A stretch of 64,000 nt of DNA from Candidatus Avidehalobacter gallistercoris (GCA_018715045.1 DVMH01000027.1:6306-70305); one strand, 5' to 3'; shown: positions 49,184 through 58,809, counted from the first letter of the stretch. Notes: a model not told the origin generated them from the sequence alone. Numbers and translations are program-made.

Positions 49184-49216
49184 AAAAAAAAACGGCCTGC
49201 ACATAAGCGCAGGCCG
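49184..49216 (-). terminator. Rho-independent terminator after the HD-GYP-like gene
   Basis: Stem CGGCCTGC / GCAGGCCG. The A9 run (49184-49192) on the + strand gives a U9 tract on the - strand. Confidence 0.75.
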
Positions 49217-49235
49217 CAGTAAGCAATATTAAGTT

Positions 49236-50252
49236 CTAACCGATCTGGCGCAGCTGACCGTTTTCCGGAAACAAATCACTTGCCAGCGAGTGCTGCCGGA
49301 ACATTCCCGTAAACACCGCCACCAACTCAGGGTCAAGCGCTGTTCCAGCGTACATTTGCAGCATATCCAGCGCGTCTTCAGTTGACAAACGCCACGCGCC
49401 GTACGGCTTGGTGAACGCGTTATACACCCATGCCAGCGCAAATATACGGCTACCCAGCGGGATATCCAGCCCTGAAAGACCAAGCAAACCGCTGCCGTCC
49501 CACTTTTCGTGGTGAGTCAGAACCAGCTCTGCCGCCATAGCAAGCTCGGGAATATCAGCCACAATATCAGCACCCAGCTTAGTGTGCGTTTCATATGTTG
49601 CGCCGTCCACCGAACGGCCAATGTCATAGGCATAGCAAAGCGTACGAATGATCGCCAGCTCGTTAACATCAAGTTTCAAAGCGCTGCCGATTTTACCGCA
49701 ATACTGCCACAGCAGCTGGGAATCGTTCTTCTGAATGGCAGCGAAACGCTCCGTTCGCAAATCTTCCGCTTTGCGCTTGGCTTTGGCGCACTTCACGACA
49801 TTGGAACGACGCGAGGGCTGGTTGAAAGTGCGTTTGATATGTTCGCTAAAATATATAGGGCGGTTCGCCACATCAATGTTGGGATTCTTGTTCACGCTCT
49901 CCACATAGCTGAAACCGCGCAGGGTATCATCACCGCTGAAACCCGCGTCATGCGAAGCGGCCAGATAATCCGTATCCGTAAAGAGCTCGTCCGCCTGAAA
50001 TCCTGCGAGAGGCTCGGTATGAGACCTAACACTGCGATAACCCCAATACACACCAACAAGCAGGCAACACAAAAACACCAGCAAACGCACTGACAATCGC
50101 AAAACAGAAACTTCAGTAAACAATGCGCCGCTGATGGAGACACTGGGCTGACCAAGCGCGAAAATGATGCTGTCCACCACCCATATAACACTGCCGGTGA
50201 GTGCGCTGGTCACGATTGGCGAAGAGTATCGACCCAATTCCTGCACCTCCAA
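49236..50252 (-). CDS. Membrane-associated HD-GYP-like domain protein with degenerate catalytic motifs
   Basis: 338 aa; the start is uncertain (TTG 50252 or TTG 50237 after GGAGG). Two or three N-terminal TM segments. The C-terminal domain reads LCYAYDIGRS...HTKLGADIV...LTHHEKWDGSGLLGLSGLDIPLGSRIFALAWVYNAF. This compares with the HD-GYP consensus (..LHDIGK..H..G....HHE[RK]WDGSGYP.GL.G..IP...RI..VAD.FDA). Confidence 0.7.
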   Translation of the reverse strand: MEVQELGRYSSPIVTSALTGSVIWVVDSIIFALGQPSVSISGALFTEVSVLRLSVRLLVFLCCLLVGVYWGYRSVRSHTEPLAGFQADELFTDTDYLAASHDAGFSGDDTLRGFSYVESVNKNPNIDVANRPIYFSEHIKRTFNQPSRRSNVVKCAKAKRKAEDLRTERFAAIQKNDSQLLWQYCGKIGSALKLDVNELAIIRTLCYAYDIGRSVDGATYETHTKLGADIVADIPELAMAAELVLTHHEKWDGSGLLGLSGLDIPLGSRIFALAWVYNAFTKPYGAWRLSTEDALDMLQMYAGTALDPELVAVFTGMFRQHSLASDLFPENGQLRQIG

Positions 50253-50457
50253 CTATATGCTATGTCGATTTTAACATATTTTTCTGCTATTTTCAATAAT
50301 ATTTCAATATTTAGTGAATTTTTTTTCGTCAAACCACTACAAAAAGTAGTTCAAACCGAGTTTTTTCCCATATTTGCCGAATATTTCCCCAAAATTCCAC
50401 ATGGCTTGCCACCCGCCGCCCAAAGCAGCGCAACAATCCGGCAATACTTCCCACCAC

Positions 50458-50496
50458 AAAAAAACCAGCCGTAGCCAAAAGGCTGCGGCTGGTTTA
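50458..50496 (-). terminator. Rho-independent terminator after the yabE-like gene
   Basis: 14-bp stem AACCAGCCGTAGCC / GGCTGCGGCTGGTT with an AAAA loop. The A7 run on the + strand gives a U-tract on the - strand. Confidence 0.8.
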
Positions 50497-50514
50497 AACC
50501 TGACAGTTTAATTT

Positions 50515-51549
50515 TTACTTCAGCACATATACACGAACGGTACGGACGCCCCAGTTCAGGCACTCCTGTTCACTGTTGAAGAACAGATCTATACGATTAC
50601 CAGTGATAGCGCCGCCGGTGTCCTCCGCCTTTGCATAGCCATAGCCGTCCACATATAGCATTGAGCCCAACGGAATAACCGAAGGATCAACGGCCACGGT
50701 ATAACCCGCCTTGGGCTTGGTGCCACTGGCGGTGTTATTGCCGGTGTGCGTGTAGGCGCTGGCTTTCATAGCCAACATATCGGTGTATTCGTACGTCTTA
50801 TTGCCGCGGCTGATCACCCGGCGCGTTCCCACCGCCATCACCTTTTCGACCGGCTCGGTGGTCACCGCACGGGAAAGTTCCTGCTTGGCGATCGGCACAC
50901 CATCCTTATACGTCACCAAACTGGTGATGGTCTTTTCGCCCGCCTTGCCCTCCTGTATGATCTTGCTCTGCCCCACGTTCATACTCGCGTCCTCGCGTCG
51001 CACCGTCTGAGGAACAATGGCCTCTTTCACCTGCGTCTGACGATAGGTTATGCGGTTAACAACCACATTCTCGCCCTTAGCCAGCACGTGATCCAGCGCG
51101 GGGCTCACCCAGTCATGCTCACCCAATGTTACATTGTTGGCAGCAAGAAAATCGCGCACCGTCTGCGGCTGGGTAAGATAACTTTTCGTCTGGAAATCTG
51201 CCGTGACCGCCACATCAAAGGCGCGGCGGATAACCACCTGTGCCTCGTCCTCCAGTCCGGCGTCCTCGGCCGGTTCCACCACGTCCAGCTCGCCCAACAT
51301 AATATCCTGCTGACGTAGAAAATCACCCACGGTGTTGGCACGGGTGGCCACGGTACGGACGATACCGTCATCAATCAGTTCCACCTTTTTTTCCGTCATG
51401 GCATAAGCAAAGGCGGCGATACCAAACAGCATGACCAGCAACAGGACAAACACCGTCAGATTCAGCTTGCAAAGCCGGCGGCGCGGTCTGGCGGCTCTTA
51501 AGCGATCGAACTGCCAAAACGCCTGCTCGTTATTCTGTTTTTGTACCAA
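50515..51549 (-). CDS. YabE/RpfB-like cell-wall protein (signal anchor, DUF348 repeats, G5 domain, C-terminal 3D domain)
   Basis: TTG 51549 lies 7 nt after GGAGGG (the ORF track opens at GTG 51609). DUF348-like segments read VRTVATRANTVGDFLRQQDI and QTVRDFLAANNVTLGEHD. G5 reads IVPQTVRREDASMNVGQSKIIQEGKAGEKT. 3D reads GTKPKAGYTVAVDPSVIPLGSMLYVDGYGYAKAEDTGGAITGNRIDLFF. Confidence 0.8.
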   Translation of the reverse strand: MVQKQNNEQAFWQFDRLRAARPRRRLCKLNLTVFVLLLVMLFGIAAFAYAMTEKKVELIDDGIVRTVATRANTVGDFLRQQDIMLGELDVVEPAEDAGLEDEAQVVIRRAFDVAVTADFQTKSYLTQPQTVRDFLAANNVTLGEHDWVSPALDHVLAKGENVVVNRITYRQTQVKEAIVPQTVRREDASMNVGQSKIIQEGKAGEKTITSLVTYKDGVPIAKQELSRAVTTEPVEKVMAVGTRRVISRGNKTYEYTDMLAMKASAYTHTGNNTASGTKPKAGYTVAVDPSVIPLGSMLYVDGYGYAKAEDTGGAITGNRIDLFFNSEQECLNWGVRTVRVYVLK

Positions 51550-51683
51550 AAAGTCGCCCTCCTTTTTCCGTGTTTTCAGGTTTTGCGGCCAGCTCCACAC
51601 GCGCCCCACATTTTATTATTTTGGGCGGCAAAAAGCCGCACTTTGCGCCACGCGACTGCCATTTTGGCCGGCCTTTTTCATAT

Positions 51684-51712
51684 ATTTTAACCTAAAAACG
51701 CTGTTTTGTCAA
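51684..51712 (-). promoter_or_regulatory. Near-consensus promoter for the yabE-like gene
   Basis: The - strand reads TTGACA (51707-51712), a 17-nt spacer, then TAAAAT (51684-51689). Confidence 0.6.
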
Positions 51713-51879
51713 ATTGGCCGGGGGTTAGGCCTATATTCCCCACGCCTTATTCTGATTATATGCTGTCGTCCGGTTTTTATACCCAGGAATTTTCATCTAA
51801 AGCAACAAGCGCGTTACAGCAGGGCTTAAGCCCGCCAAACGCGCTTGGTTCACAGCAATCATTAACATATTGTCTGCCA

Positions 51880-52656
51880 TTATATACCGTATAGCCGGCA
51901 GGCATTTTCATAAGTGGCTTCGGCCACCTCTTCCACGCTGATACCGCGAATAGCCGCAATTTTTTCCGCCACAAAATAGACGTTGGAAGGTTCATTGGTG
52001 GTGCCGCGGTGCGGTTCCGGCGCAAGATACGGACTGTCCGTTTCGATCAACAGCCTGTCCAGTGGGCAGTTTTTGGCCACCTCCGGCAGCTGACGCGAAT
52101 TTTTGAACGTCACAGGACCTGCCAGCGAAATATAGAAGTTGCGGCGCAGCGCCTCCTTGGCCAGCTCCCAGCTGCCGGAAAAGCAATGCATAACGCCGCC
52201 GTATTCGCCCGCGTTCTCCTCCCGAATGATGTTAAAGACGTCGCCGTGCGCCTCCCGGTCATGGATAGCAATTGGTTTGTGCAAGTCCTTCGCCAGATGT
52301 ATCTGTTCAATGAACCAGTACCGCTGTACATCATGCGAGGGCTCCGGCCAATAATAATCCAGACCGATCTCGCCCACCGCTTTCACCTGCGGTAACGCGG
52401 CCAGCTCCGCCAGTTCAGCCAGCACTTTTTCATTCAGACCAGCGCTATCCGATGGGTGAAACCCCACCAGTGCGATCAACTGCGGATATTTTTCCGCCAA
52501 ATGCACGGCATAAAGAGAACTGCGCCAATCGCAGCCCACCACCGCCATCTTACGGACGCCGGCGGCTTCCGCACGCTCCAGAGTTCCAGCAATATCCCGC
52601 GCCAGCTTCGCATCGTTTAAATGGCAATGGGTATCAAAAAGCCGTAATTTATCCAT
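51880..52656 (-). CDS. tatD: TatD-family metal-dependent hydrolase/DNase
   Basis: Start MDKLRLFDTHCHLND at 52656. Motifs: AVGEIGLDYYW, PIAIHDREAH and LIETDSPYLAP. Confidence 0.9.
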   Translation of the reverse strand: MDKLRLFDTHCHLNDAKLARDIAGTLERAEAAGVRKMAVVGCDWRSSLYAVHLAEKYPQLIALVGFHPSDSAGLNEKVLAELAELAALPQVKAVGEIGLDYYWPEPSHDVQRYWFIEQIHLAKDLHKPIAIHDREAHGDVFNIIREENAGEYGGVMHCFSGSWELAKEALRRNFYISLAGPVTFKNSRQLPEVAKNCPLDRLLIETDSPYLAPEPHRGTTNEPSNVYFVAEKIAAIRGISVEEVAEATYENACRLYGI

Positions 52657-52684
52657 TTTATAATGAACTCCTAATATCAAATCC

Positions 52685-54247
52685 TTATTCAGCGCCCAGA
52701 GCCTTTGCCGTATCAATACGAGGGAATATCGGCTCGCCGCGCGAAATCTTGGCGCCCGCGGGGAAGCCGCCCCATTCAAGCGCCGTCCAGTCGCTGCCAG
52801 CCTGCTCCGAAGAAAGCCCCAGCTGAGCCCAGACCTTTTCGGCCACGTGCGGCATAACGGGAGTGATAAGGATGGTCACCTGCCGCAAAACCTCGGCCAG
52901 ATTATACATCACAGTTTTAAGCTTCTCTGTCTCGCCGTTCTTATTAAGCGCCCAAGGCGCGGTGTCATCCACGTACTTATTGGCCTTGGCCACCAGTTTC
53001 CACACCTCAGCCACTGCATTGGCAATATCTACCTTGTCCATATACTGCGCCATGTTAGCGGGAGTAGCAGCAGCCAGCTCTTTCAGCTCCACATCAAACT
53101 CAGTGCCCTCGGCGCCTGGCTCCACCACGCCGCCCAAGAATTTGGTGATCATCGCAGTGGTGCGGGAAAGCAAATTGCCATAATCATTGGCAAGGTCGGT
53201 GTTAATGCAGTTGATAAGCGCCTCCTCGCTGTAATTGGCGTCCATGCCATAGGCCATCTCGCGCAGCAGGAAGAAGCGGATTGCATCCACGCCGTATTTT
53301 TCCACCAGCACCACCGGGTCAACAACGTTGCCTTTGCTTTTACTCATCTTGCCATCCTGCATCAGCAACCAGCCATGTGCAACAACTTTCTTCGGCAGCT
53401 CCACACCCGCCGCCATCAGGATTATTGGCCAGATAATAGAATGGAAGCGGATAATATCTTTCGCCATCAAATGCACATCGGCAGGCCAGTATTTCTGGAA
53501 TTTCGCATCGTCGCCAGAGCCGAAACCCAGCGCGGAGATATAGTTGACCAGCGCGTCAAACCACACGTAAACCACGTGCTTTTCATCAAACGGCACCTTA
53601 ATGCCCCAGTCAAACGTGGTGCGGGAAACGCACAGATCCTCCAGCCCCTGCTTCACAAAGCTGATCATCTCGTTGCGGCGCGTCTCCGGCTGGATAAAAT
53701 CGGGATTCTCCTCGATGAACTTAAGCCAACGATCGGCGTATTTGCTCATCTGGAAGAAATAGCTTTCCTCATGCGCCATTTCCACCGGGCGGCCGCAATC
53801 CGGGCAGGTATGCCCCTCCGCCAGCTGACGCTCCGTAAAGAATGTCTCGCACGGCGTGCAGTACCAGCCGGAATACTCGGCCTTATAAATATCACCCTGG
53901 TCGTAGATCTTCTGAAACAGCTTCTGCACCACCTGCTCATGCCGCGCGTCGGTAGTACGGATAAAATCGTCATAGTCGATGTCCAGCAGCCGCCAAAGGC
54001 TCTTGATGCCGTCCACAATACCATCCACAAACTCTTTCGGCGTCTGTCCCGCGGCCTCAGCGCGCTGTTGAATTTTCAGGCCGTGCTCATCAGTGCCGGT
54101 CAAAAAATACGCATCATAACCACGCTGCTTTTTATAGCGCTTCATCGCGTCGGCAGCCACGGTTGTATAAGCATGGCCGATATGCAGCTTGTCGCTGGGG
54201 TAGTAGATCGGCGTAGTGATATAAAAGGTCGGTTTCTCTGTCATCAT
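52685..54247 (-). CDS. metG: Methionine--tRNA ligase (short form, no C-terminal tRNA-binding appendix)
   Basis: ~520 aa; ATG 54247 follows GGAGGG. HIGH motif reads PSDKLHIGHAYT. KMSKS is present. Zn knuckle reads CTPCETFF...CPDCGRP. Confidence 0.95.
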   Translation of the reverse strand: MMTEKPTFYITTPIYYPSDKLHIGHAYTTVAADAMKRYKKQRGYDAYFLTGTDEHGLKIQQRAEAAGQTPKEFVDGIVDGIKSLWRLLDIDYDDFIRTTDARHEQVVQKLFQKIYDQGDIYKAEYSGWYCTPCETFFTERQLAEGHTCPDCGRPVEMAHEESYFFQMSKYADRWLKFIEENPDFIQPETRRNEMISFVKQGLEDLCVSRTTFDWGIKVPFDEKHVVYVWFDALVNYISALGFGSGDDAKFQKYWPADVHLMAKDIIRFHSIIWPIILMAAGVELPKKVVAHGWLLMQDGKMSKSKGNVVDPVVLVEKYGVDAIRFFLLREMAYGMDANYSEEALINCINTDLANDYGNLLSRTTAMITKFLGGVVEPGAEGTEFDVELKELAAATPANMAQYMDKVDIANAVAEVWKLVAKANKYVDDTAPWALNKNGETEKLKTVMYNLAEVLRQVTILITPVMPHVAEKVWAQLGLSSEQAGSDWTALEWGGFPAGAKISRGEPIFPRIDTAKALGAE

Positions 54248-54330
54248 CAAACCCTCCAAAACAAAATCATTAACTTTTATTTATTCTGGCTTTTGCCGCC
54301 ATTTCCTTTTTTTGGCGGCAAAATACCACT

Positions 54331-55194
54331 TTATTCCCGTTTTAATACCAGGCCCAGCGCGTAAACCCTGCTTACAGGGAGACTGTAGCGCGCCGCTATC
54401 TCGCGGGCTGCGGCTTTGTGCTTCATACCCCCGTCCAGCAGACGTTTAAGCTCCGCTTTCAGTTGCTCCTCACCAACCTCCGGCCTGTGACAAGCCTCAT
54501 CGCAGCCTTCCAACACCAGCACGTATTCGCCCCTGGGCTCACGCTCCTGCCAAACTGCGGCAAGCTCTGCTACCGTGCCGCGCTGCACTTCCTGAAACTT
54601 CTTGGTCAATTCCCGACAGACGGCCATTCTACGTCCGCCGCCAAATACTTCTTCCAGCATTTGCATGGTTTCCCGCAGACGGTGCGGCGCTTCATAGAAA
54701 ACAAGCGTCCTCTCCTCAGCCGCCAGTTTTTGCAAAAATTCCAGCTTCACTTTACCGCGTGGCAGAAAACCCTCAAAAGCGAACCGCTCAGTAGGAAGGC
54801 CGGAAAGCACCAGCGCCTGAATGGCTGCACAGGGACCAGGAATCGCATCCACCTCAAATCCCGCCTGCGCCGCCGCCAATAGTATTGACGATCCCGGGTC
54901 ACAGATACCAGGCGTACCCGCGTCACTGATCAAGGCGATATTCTCACCCGCCGCCAGCTTCGCCAGCAATTCCTCCTCGCGCCCGGCCTCGTTATGTTTA
55001 TAGTAGCTCAAAAGCGGCTTCTTAAGCCCTAAATGAGCCAGCAGCAAACCGCTGTGCCGGGTATCCTCCGCCGCCACCAGATCGGCTGCGGCCAAAGTAT
55101 CACGCTGCCGCTCCGATAGGTCGGCGAGATTACCAATCGGCGTCGCCACCAGTGACAATTTGCCGCGTTTCTGCTTTATCTTAGGCTCTTCCAT
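54331..55194 (-). CDS. rsmI: 16S rRNA (cytidine1402-2'-O)-methyltransferase
   Basis: Start MEEPKIKQKRGKLSLVATPIGNLADLS at 55194. Motifs: AEDTRHSG, SDAGTPGICDPG and YEAPHR. Confidence 0.9.
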   Translation of the reverse strand: MEEPKIKQKRGKLSLVATPIGNLADLSERQRDTLAAADLVAAEDTRHSGLLLAHLGLKKPLLSYYKHNEAGREEELLAKLAAGENIALISDAGTPGICDPGSSILLAAAQAGFEVDAIPGPCAAIQALVLSGLPTERFAFEGFLPRGKVKLEFLQKLAAEERTLVFYEAPHRLRETMQMLEEVFGGGRRMAVCRELTKKFQEVQRGTVAELAAVWQEREPRGEYVLVLEGCDEACHRPEVGEEQLKAELKRLLDGGMKHKAAAREIAARYSLPVSRVYALGLVLKRE

Positions 55195-55207
55195 TTTTTC
55201 ACCGCCT

Positions 55208-55873
55208 TTATTCCACTTTGGCCGCAGCAAACAACACCCGCCGCTGCCAATGCTCAATCTGCGTAATAACCAAACCCGTCGCCGTCAGTTTTGCCGCCGC
55301 CTCGTTCTGACGCTCTTCCGGCAGCAGCAGACAAAACCGTCCGCCAGGAGCAAGAATATAGGCAGCCGCTTGTATAAGCGACTTCAAACCGCCAAAGCAC
55401 TCAATCCGCGCCGCCCGCCTCTCCAGACAGGGACTAAGCCGGCTTGCTTCAGCCCGCCAGAACGGAGGATTGCTGACAACCAAATCGCACCCGGCGGCGG
55501 GAAAATATTGTGATATCTGACGCCAATCACCGCAAACAAAGCGTATCTGCCGCAACAGTTCCGGCACGTTATGATTCAATTCGATACTGCGCTGCGCCAG
55601 GCTCACATTGGCAGACATGATTTCCAGACCAGTGCAACTGGCCTCATTGAGCTTCGCCCATAAATAAAACGTCAGCCCACCGTTGCCGCTGCCCAACTCG
55701 ATAACTCGCCGCGCTTCCGGCAAGGCGTCCGCCGCAAAATCCGCCAGCCGCACCGCCTCACCGGAAAAACAAAAAAACCGAGGATCTTGCAGCAGCCTCA
55801 ATCCTCGCTCTCGCAAATCAATTATGACTTCGCCGGGGCGGCAAAGCAACGCCCCGGACTTGTTAGCTGCCAT
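55208..55873 (-). CDS. SAM-dependent N6-adenine methyltransferase, YabB/TrmN6-like
   Basis: 221 aa. Motifs: VIELGSGNGGLTFYL (motif I) and LVVSNPPFW (NPPF motif IV). It occupies the yabB position of the Bacillus-type gene order. Confidence 0.65.
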   Translation of the reverse strand: MAANKSGALLCRPGEVIIDLRERGLRLLQDPRFFCFSGEAVRLADFAADALPEARRVIELGSGNGGLTFYLWAKLNEASCTGLEIMSANVSLAQRSIELNHNVPELLRQIRFVCGDWRQISQYFPAAGCDLVVSNPPFWRAEASRLSPCLERRAARIECFGGLKSLIQAAAYILAPGGRFCLLLPEERQNEAAAKLTATGLVITQIEHWQRRVLFAAAKVE

Positions 55874-55876
55874 AAA

Positions 55877-56149
55877 TCAAGCGTTCTCCTTCAAAAAGCT
55901 CTGGCAGAACAGACACTCCTCGCCATGACGGTTCTGCGCAAAATAGGTGGCGCAAATGTGATAGCCCTCGTCATAAAGCTTGGTTAGCTCCTCCACTCCC
56001 TCGCTCTTGATGTTTTCCTCACTCAGGCGCTCCAGCAGGCGAGCGTTCTGCACCTCCAGCGAGTCCACTTTCAGCCGCAGCTCCTGCAAACGATCCTGCA
56101 ACGCCGCCAGAGCCTCTTCAATCTCCCAAATTTCATTCCGCAGCGCCAT
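55877..56149 (-). CDS. yabA: DNA replication initiation control protein YabA
   Basis: 90 aa from ATG 56149; the longer ORF-track entry 55877..56491 is an upstream read-through of this frame. Coiled coil reads IEEALAALQDRLQELRLKVDSLEVQNARLLERL. C-terminal Zn motif reads HICATYF...ECLFCQSFL. Confidence 0.8.
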   Translation of the reverse strand: MALRNEIWEIEEALAALQDRLQELRLKVDSLEVQNARLLERLSEENIKSEGVEELTKLYDEGYHICATYFAQNRHGEECLFCQSFLKENA

Positions 56150-57116
56150 GTTGCTCACTCTCCCTCTGCCTGTCCTGCTTCGGTTGATTGGGGCGGTGCG
56201 CCCCGCCGCCGCGCCGGTTGCCCGGTCTTCTGGAATTGCGCCGCAGTGTGCCGCCGCCCTTTTGTTCTGACTTATCGGAACGCTTATCAGGCAAGTTTTC
56301 ACCTGGCATATCATCGGATACCGCCGCCAGCTCCGCCGACGCCAGATCAGGCACATCGTCAACAGAAAGCGCCGCCAGCCGCTCACGCACGCCACAGGTT
56401 TTGGCTGTGCAGTCGCTGCAATTTTTATCGCAGGCGGCAAGAGCCGGCTTCGGTTCGTCCTGCCCGGCAAGTTCTGGCGAGTTCTCGTCATATTCGTAGT
56501 ATAAGCAGCACATCAACCTGCCGCACACACCGGAAATTTTGGCCGGATTCAACGCCAGATTTTGCTTCTTCGCCATTTTGATGGAAACGGGATGAAATCC
56601 ATCCAGAAAAGAGGCGCAGCAAAGCTCGCGCCCGCAGGTGGAATATCCCCCCACCAGGCGCGCCTCATCCCGCACGCCAACCTGACGCAGCTCAATGCGC
56701 GTGTGAAAATGCCCGGCCAGAACTTTCACCAGCTCACGGAAATCCACTCGATTGTCCGACGTGAAATAAAACACGATTTTGCTGCCGTCAAACGTATAGC
56801 TGGCTTTGATCAGCTTCATCGGCAGTTTGGCCGCGATGATCTGCTGCTGGCAGAATTCAAAAGCCGCCGGTTCCTTGGCCTTATTCTCCTGATAGCTTTG
56901 CTCGTCATCGTCGGTTGCCAGACGGATAAGCGGCTTCAGCGGCTGAGATAGACTTTGCTCATCCACTTCCTGCGCAGGCGTGGCCACCGTGCCATAATCC
57001 AGGCCGCGGCTGCTCTCCACGATAACGTGGTCGCCGAAAACAGCATCCACCCCATTAAGCTTAAAATAATATATTTTCCCGGCGCGCTCAAAACGCACGC
57101 CCACCACTTGTACCAT
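56133..57116 (-). CDS. ricT: PSP1-domain protein YaaT/RicT with Cys-rich and Arg/Gly-rich C-terminal extension
   Basis: Start MVQVVGVRFERAGKIYYF at 57116 after GTGAGGA. Motifs: CGRELCCASFL and CGRLMCCLYYE. The tail reads CDKNCSDCTAKTCG...RRNSRRPGNRRGGGAHRPNQPKQDRQRE. Confidence 0.85.
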   Translation of the reverse strand: MVQVVGVRFERAGKIYYFKLNGVDAVFGDHVIVESSRGLDYGTVATPAQEVDEQSLSQPLKPLIRLATDDDEQSYQENKAKEPAAFEFCQQQIIAAKLPMKLIKASYTFDGSKIVFYFTSDNRVDFRELVKVLAGHFHTRIELRQVGVRDEARLVGGYSTCGRELCCASFLDGFHPVSIKMAKKQNLALNPAKISGVCGRLMCCLYYEYDENSPELAGQDEPKPALAACDKNCSDCTAKTCGVRERLAALSVDDVPDLASAELAAVSDDMPGENLPDKRSDKSEQKGGGTLRRNSRRPGNRRGGGAHRPNQPKQDRQRESEQHGAAE

Positions 57117-57257
57117 AGATAAGTCCTCACTTTGCTCTTTCATCCATATATTTATGCCCAGTTTAGGCCGCCTTTAAGCGCCCGCGTCAAGCTATAAATA
57201 CCCTATCTTTTAGCGTAACACAAAACGTCGCAAAGTGCAAGGTAGAGCCGTCAAAAT

Positions 57258-58169
57258 TTATTGCTTCCTTAAATTATAAATGCGCAGAAACAGCACAGAA
57301 AGCGTCAACGTGCCGTTAATATTACCTGCGATATCGCGCGCCGCATCTTCGGTAAGCAGACCTGCTGCCAACGCCTCCTGCCCGTCAAACAGCAGGCGGG
57401 AAGCATACGCCAGCTTAAAATCCTCGCCCGCCGCATGCTTGATAGCCCCGGCAGCCTGTTCATTCAGCGCCGCCAACAACTCTGCCAAAAAAACCGCCTG
57501 CGAGCGTTTGACGCCTGCGGCTAGCTTTTCGTCGCGGAAACTTTTAGCCAGCACCAGCAACGCCGCGCCGCTGTCCGCCGCCGAAAGCAGTTCAAACAAA
57601 CGCCGGCATTTTTCCCGCATAGCGCAGATAAGCTCCTGCTCCTGCGCCATTTCCGGCAATAAAGCAGAATAATACACGTCATCCCCACAGCCCGGCAAAT
57701 CGTCCGGCAGACGCAGCCACACCACACGGGAGAGTATCGTTTCCAGCAGGCTGTCGCCCAGCGGCGCAGTCAGGATAAAAAACAGCCCCTCCTGCGGCTC
57801 TTCCAGAATTTTCAGCAGACTATTAGCCGCAGCCGGCGGCATGGTATGCGCCTGATGAATAATCACCACACGCCGTCCGCCTTCATATGCCTCCAGATTC
57901 GCCATATACTGCATGGCGCGAGTCTGCTCGATTTTGACGCTGGCGCCGCGCGGCAGCACCAGCTGCAAATCCGGGTGATTGCCTGCCGCCAGTTTTTTGC
58001 AGCTGGCGCATTTGCCGCAGGGTTGCCCGTCCTCGCCCAGGTGATGGCATAACAGTGCCTGCGCCAACTGCACCGCCTGTTCCAGCGCTTGCTCCGGCCG
58101 CCCCGTCAACAGCCAGGCATGACTGATTTTGCCAGAGGCAACAATGCCCGCCAGCTTATCGTACAACAT
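57258..58169 (-). CDS. holB: DNA polymerase III subunit delta'
   Basis: Start MLYDKLAGIV at 58169. Motifs: ISHAWLLTG, Zn module CGKCASCKKLAAGNHPD and LLKILEEP. Confidence 0.85.
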   Translation of the reverse strand: MLYDKLAGIVASGKISHAWLLTGRPEQALEQAVQLAQALLCHHLGEDGQPCGKCASCKKLAAGNHPDLQLVLPRGASVKIEQTRAMQYMANLEAYEGGRRVVIIHQAHTMPPAAANSLLKILEEPQEGLFFILTAPLGDSLLETILSRVVWLRLPDDLPGCGDDVYYSALLPEMAQEQELICAMREKCRRLFELLSAADSGAALLVLAKSFRDEKLAAGVKRSQAVFLAELLAALNEQAAGAIKHAAGEDFKLAYASRLLFDGQEALAAGLLTEDAARDIAGNINGTLTLSVLFLRIYNLRKQ

Positions 58170-58809
58170 CACGCACCAGCCCTCTCTCATAAAGCAGCGG
58201 CAGCAGAACCTTCCGCATATCCGCCTGCACCAGCGTCTCTTCCTGCGCTGCGTTGATCTGTCTAATACGCTGCGGGAAAGCCTCCGCCAACTTTTGATAA
58301 CCGTCGCTCAAACGCCGGTGAAAATCCAGCTGCTCCTGTTCCATACGGTCGCTCGCACCGCGCTTGGCCGCCCGTTTAAGCCCCTCATCAGGCGGCAGTT
58401 CCAGCAAAAGTGTAATATCCGGGATAAGGCCGCCCGCCGCCGCTTCGTTCAGCGAGATAAGTTCCGCCATATTCAGACCCCGGCCATAGCCCTGATACGC
58501 GAAAAACGAGTCCGCATAACGATCACAAACGATGATCTTACCCGCCGCCAGAGCAGGGCGCAACGTTTCAGCCACATGCTGGGCGCGATCCGCCGCCAGC
58601 AGCAGCGCCTCGGTCATCGGGGCAAGTTCGGTGTTCGCCGGGTTAAGCAATACCTGCCTGATTTGCGCGCCAATCAACCCCGCGCCCGGCTCCCGCGTTG
58701 CCAGCACAGGAAGCCCCAGCCCGGATAACCACTCCGCCAGCTGCTTGGCCTGCGTTGTTTTGCCAGCGCCCTCAACGCCTTCTAACGTGATAAACAAACC
58801 ATCAGACAT
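58156..58809 (-). CDS. tmk: dTMP (thymidylate) kinase
   Basis: 217 aa. Motifs: FITLEGVEGAGKTTQ, TREPG, DRYADSFFAYQG. Confidence 0.95.
   Translation of the reverse strand: MSDGLFITLEGVEGAGKTTQAKQLAEWLSGLGLPVLATREPGAGLIGAQIRQVLLNPANTELAPMTEALLLAADRAQHVAETLRPALAAGKIIVCDRYADSFFAYQGYGRGLNMAELISLNEAAAGGLIPDITLLLELPPDEGLKRAAKRGASDRMEQEQLDFHRRLSDGYQKLAEAFPQRIRQINAAQEETLVQADMRKVLLPLLYERGLVRDVVR

Noticed and set aside
51550-51683. Looked for a c-di-AMP (ydaO/yuaA-type) riboswitch upstream of the yabE/Rpf-like 3D-domain gene, a common association in Firmicutes.
   Set aside because: The leader from the predicted promoter is only ~125 nt. I could not find the pseudo-twofold-symmetric conserved ydaO cores. 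A covariance-model scan would be needed to be sure.
51807-51850. Nested palindrome CAAGCGCGTT...GGGCTTAAGCCC...AACGCGCTTG just downstream of tatD.
   Set aside because: It is most simply a weak intrinsic terminator between tatD and the yabE-like gene's promoter, since the following U-tract is poor. It has no repeat copies elsewhere in the window and is not strong enough to call as a feature.
54248-54330. Looked for a T-box leader upstream of metG.
   Set aside because: Only ~80 nt separate metG from the rsmI stop. That is too short for a T-box, and no AGAGA/GGUGNRA/T-box sequence is visible.
52847-54364. A 505-aa + strand ORF antisense to metG. Similar cases are 45883..47088 (401 aa, antisense to tkt) and 40870..42069 (399 aa, antisense to the thioesterase and secA).
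   Set aside because: Same shadow-ORF phenomenon. The products are low-complexity, there are no RBS/promoter signals, and the partner strands carry high-confidence housekeeping genes.
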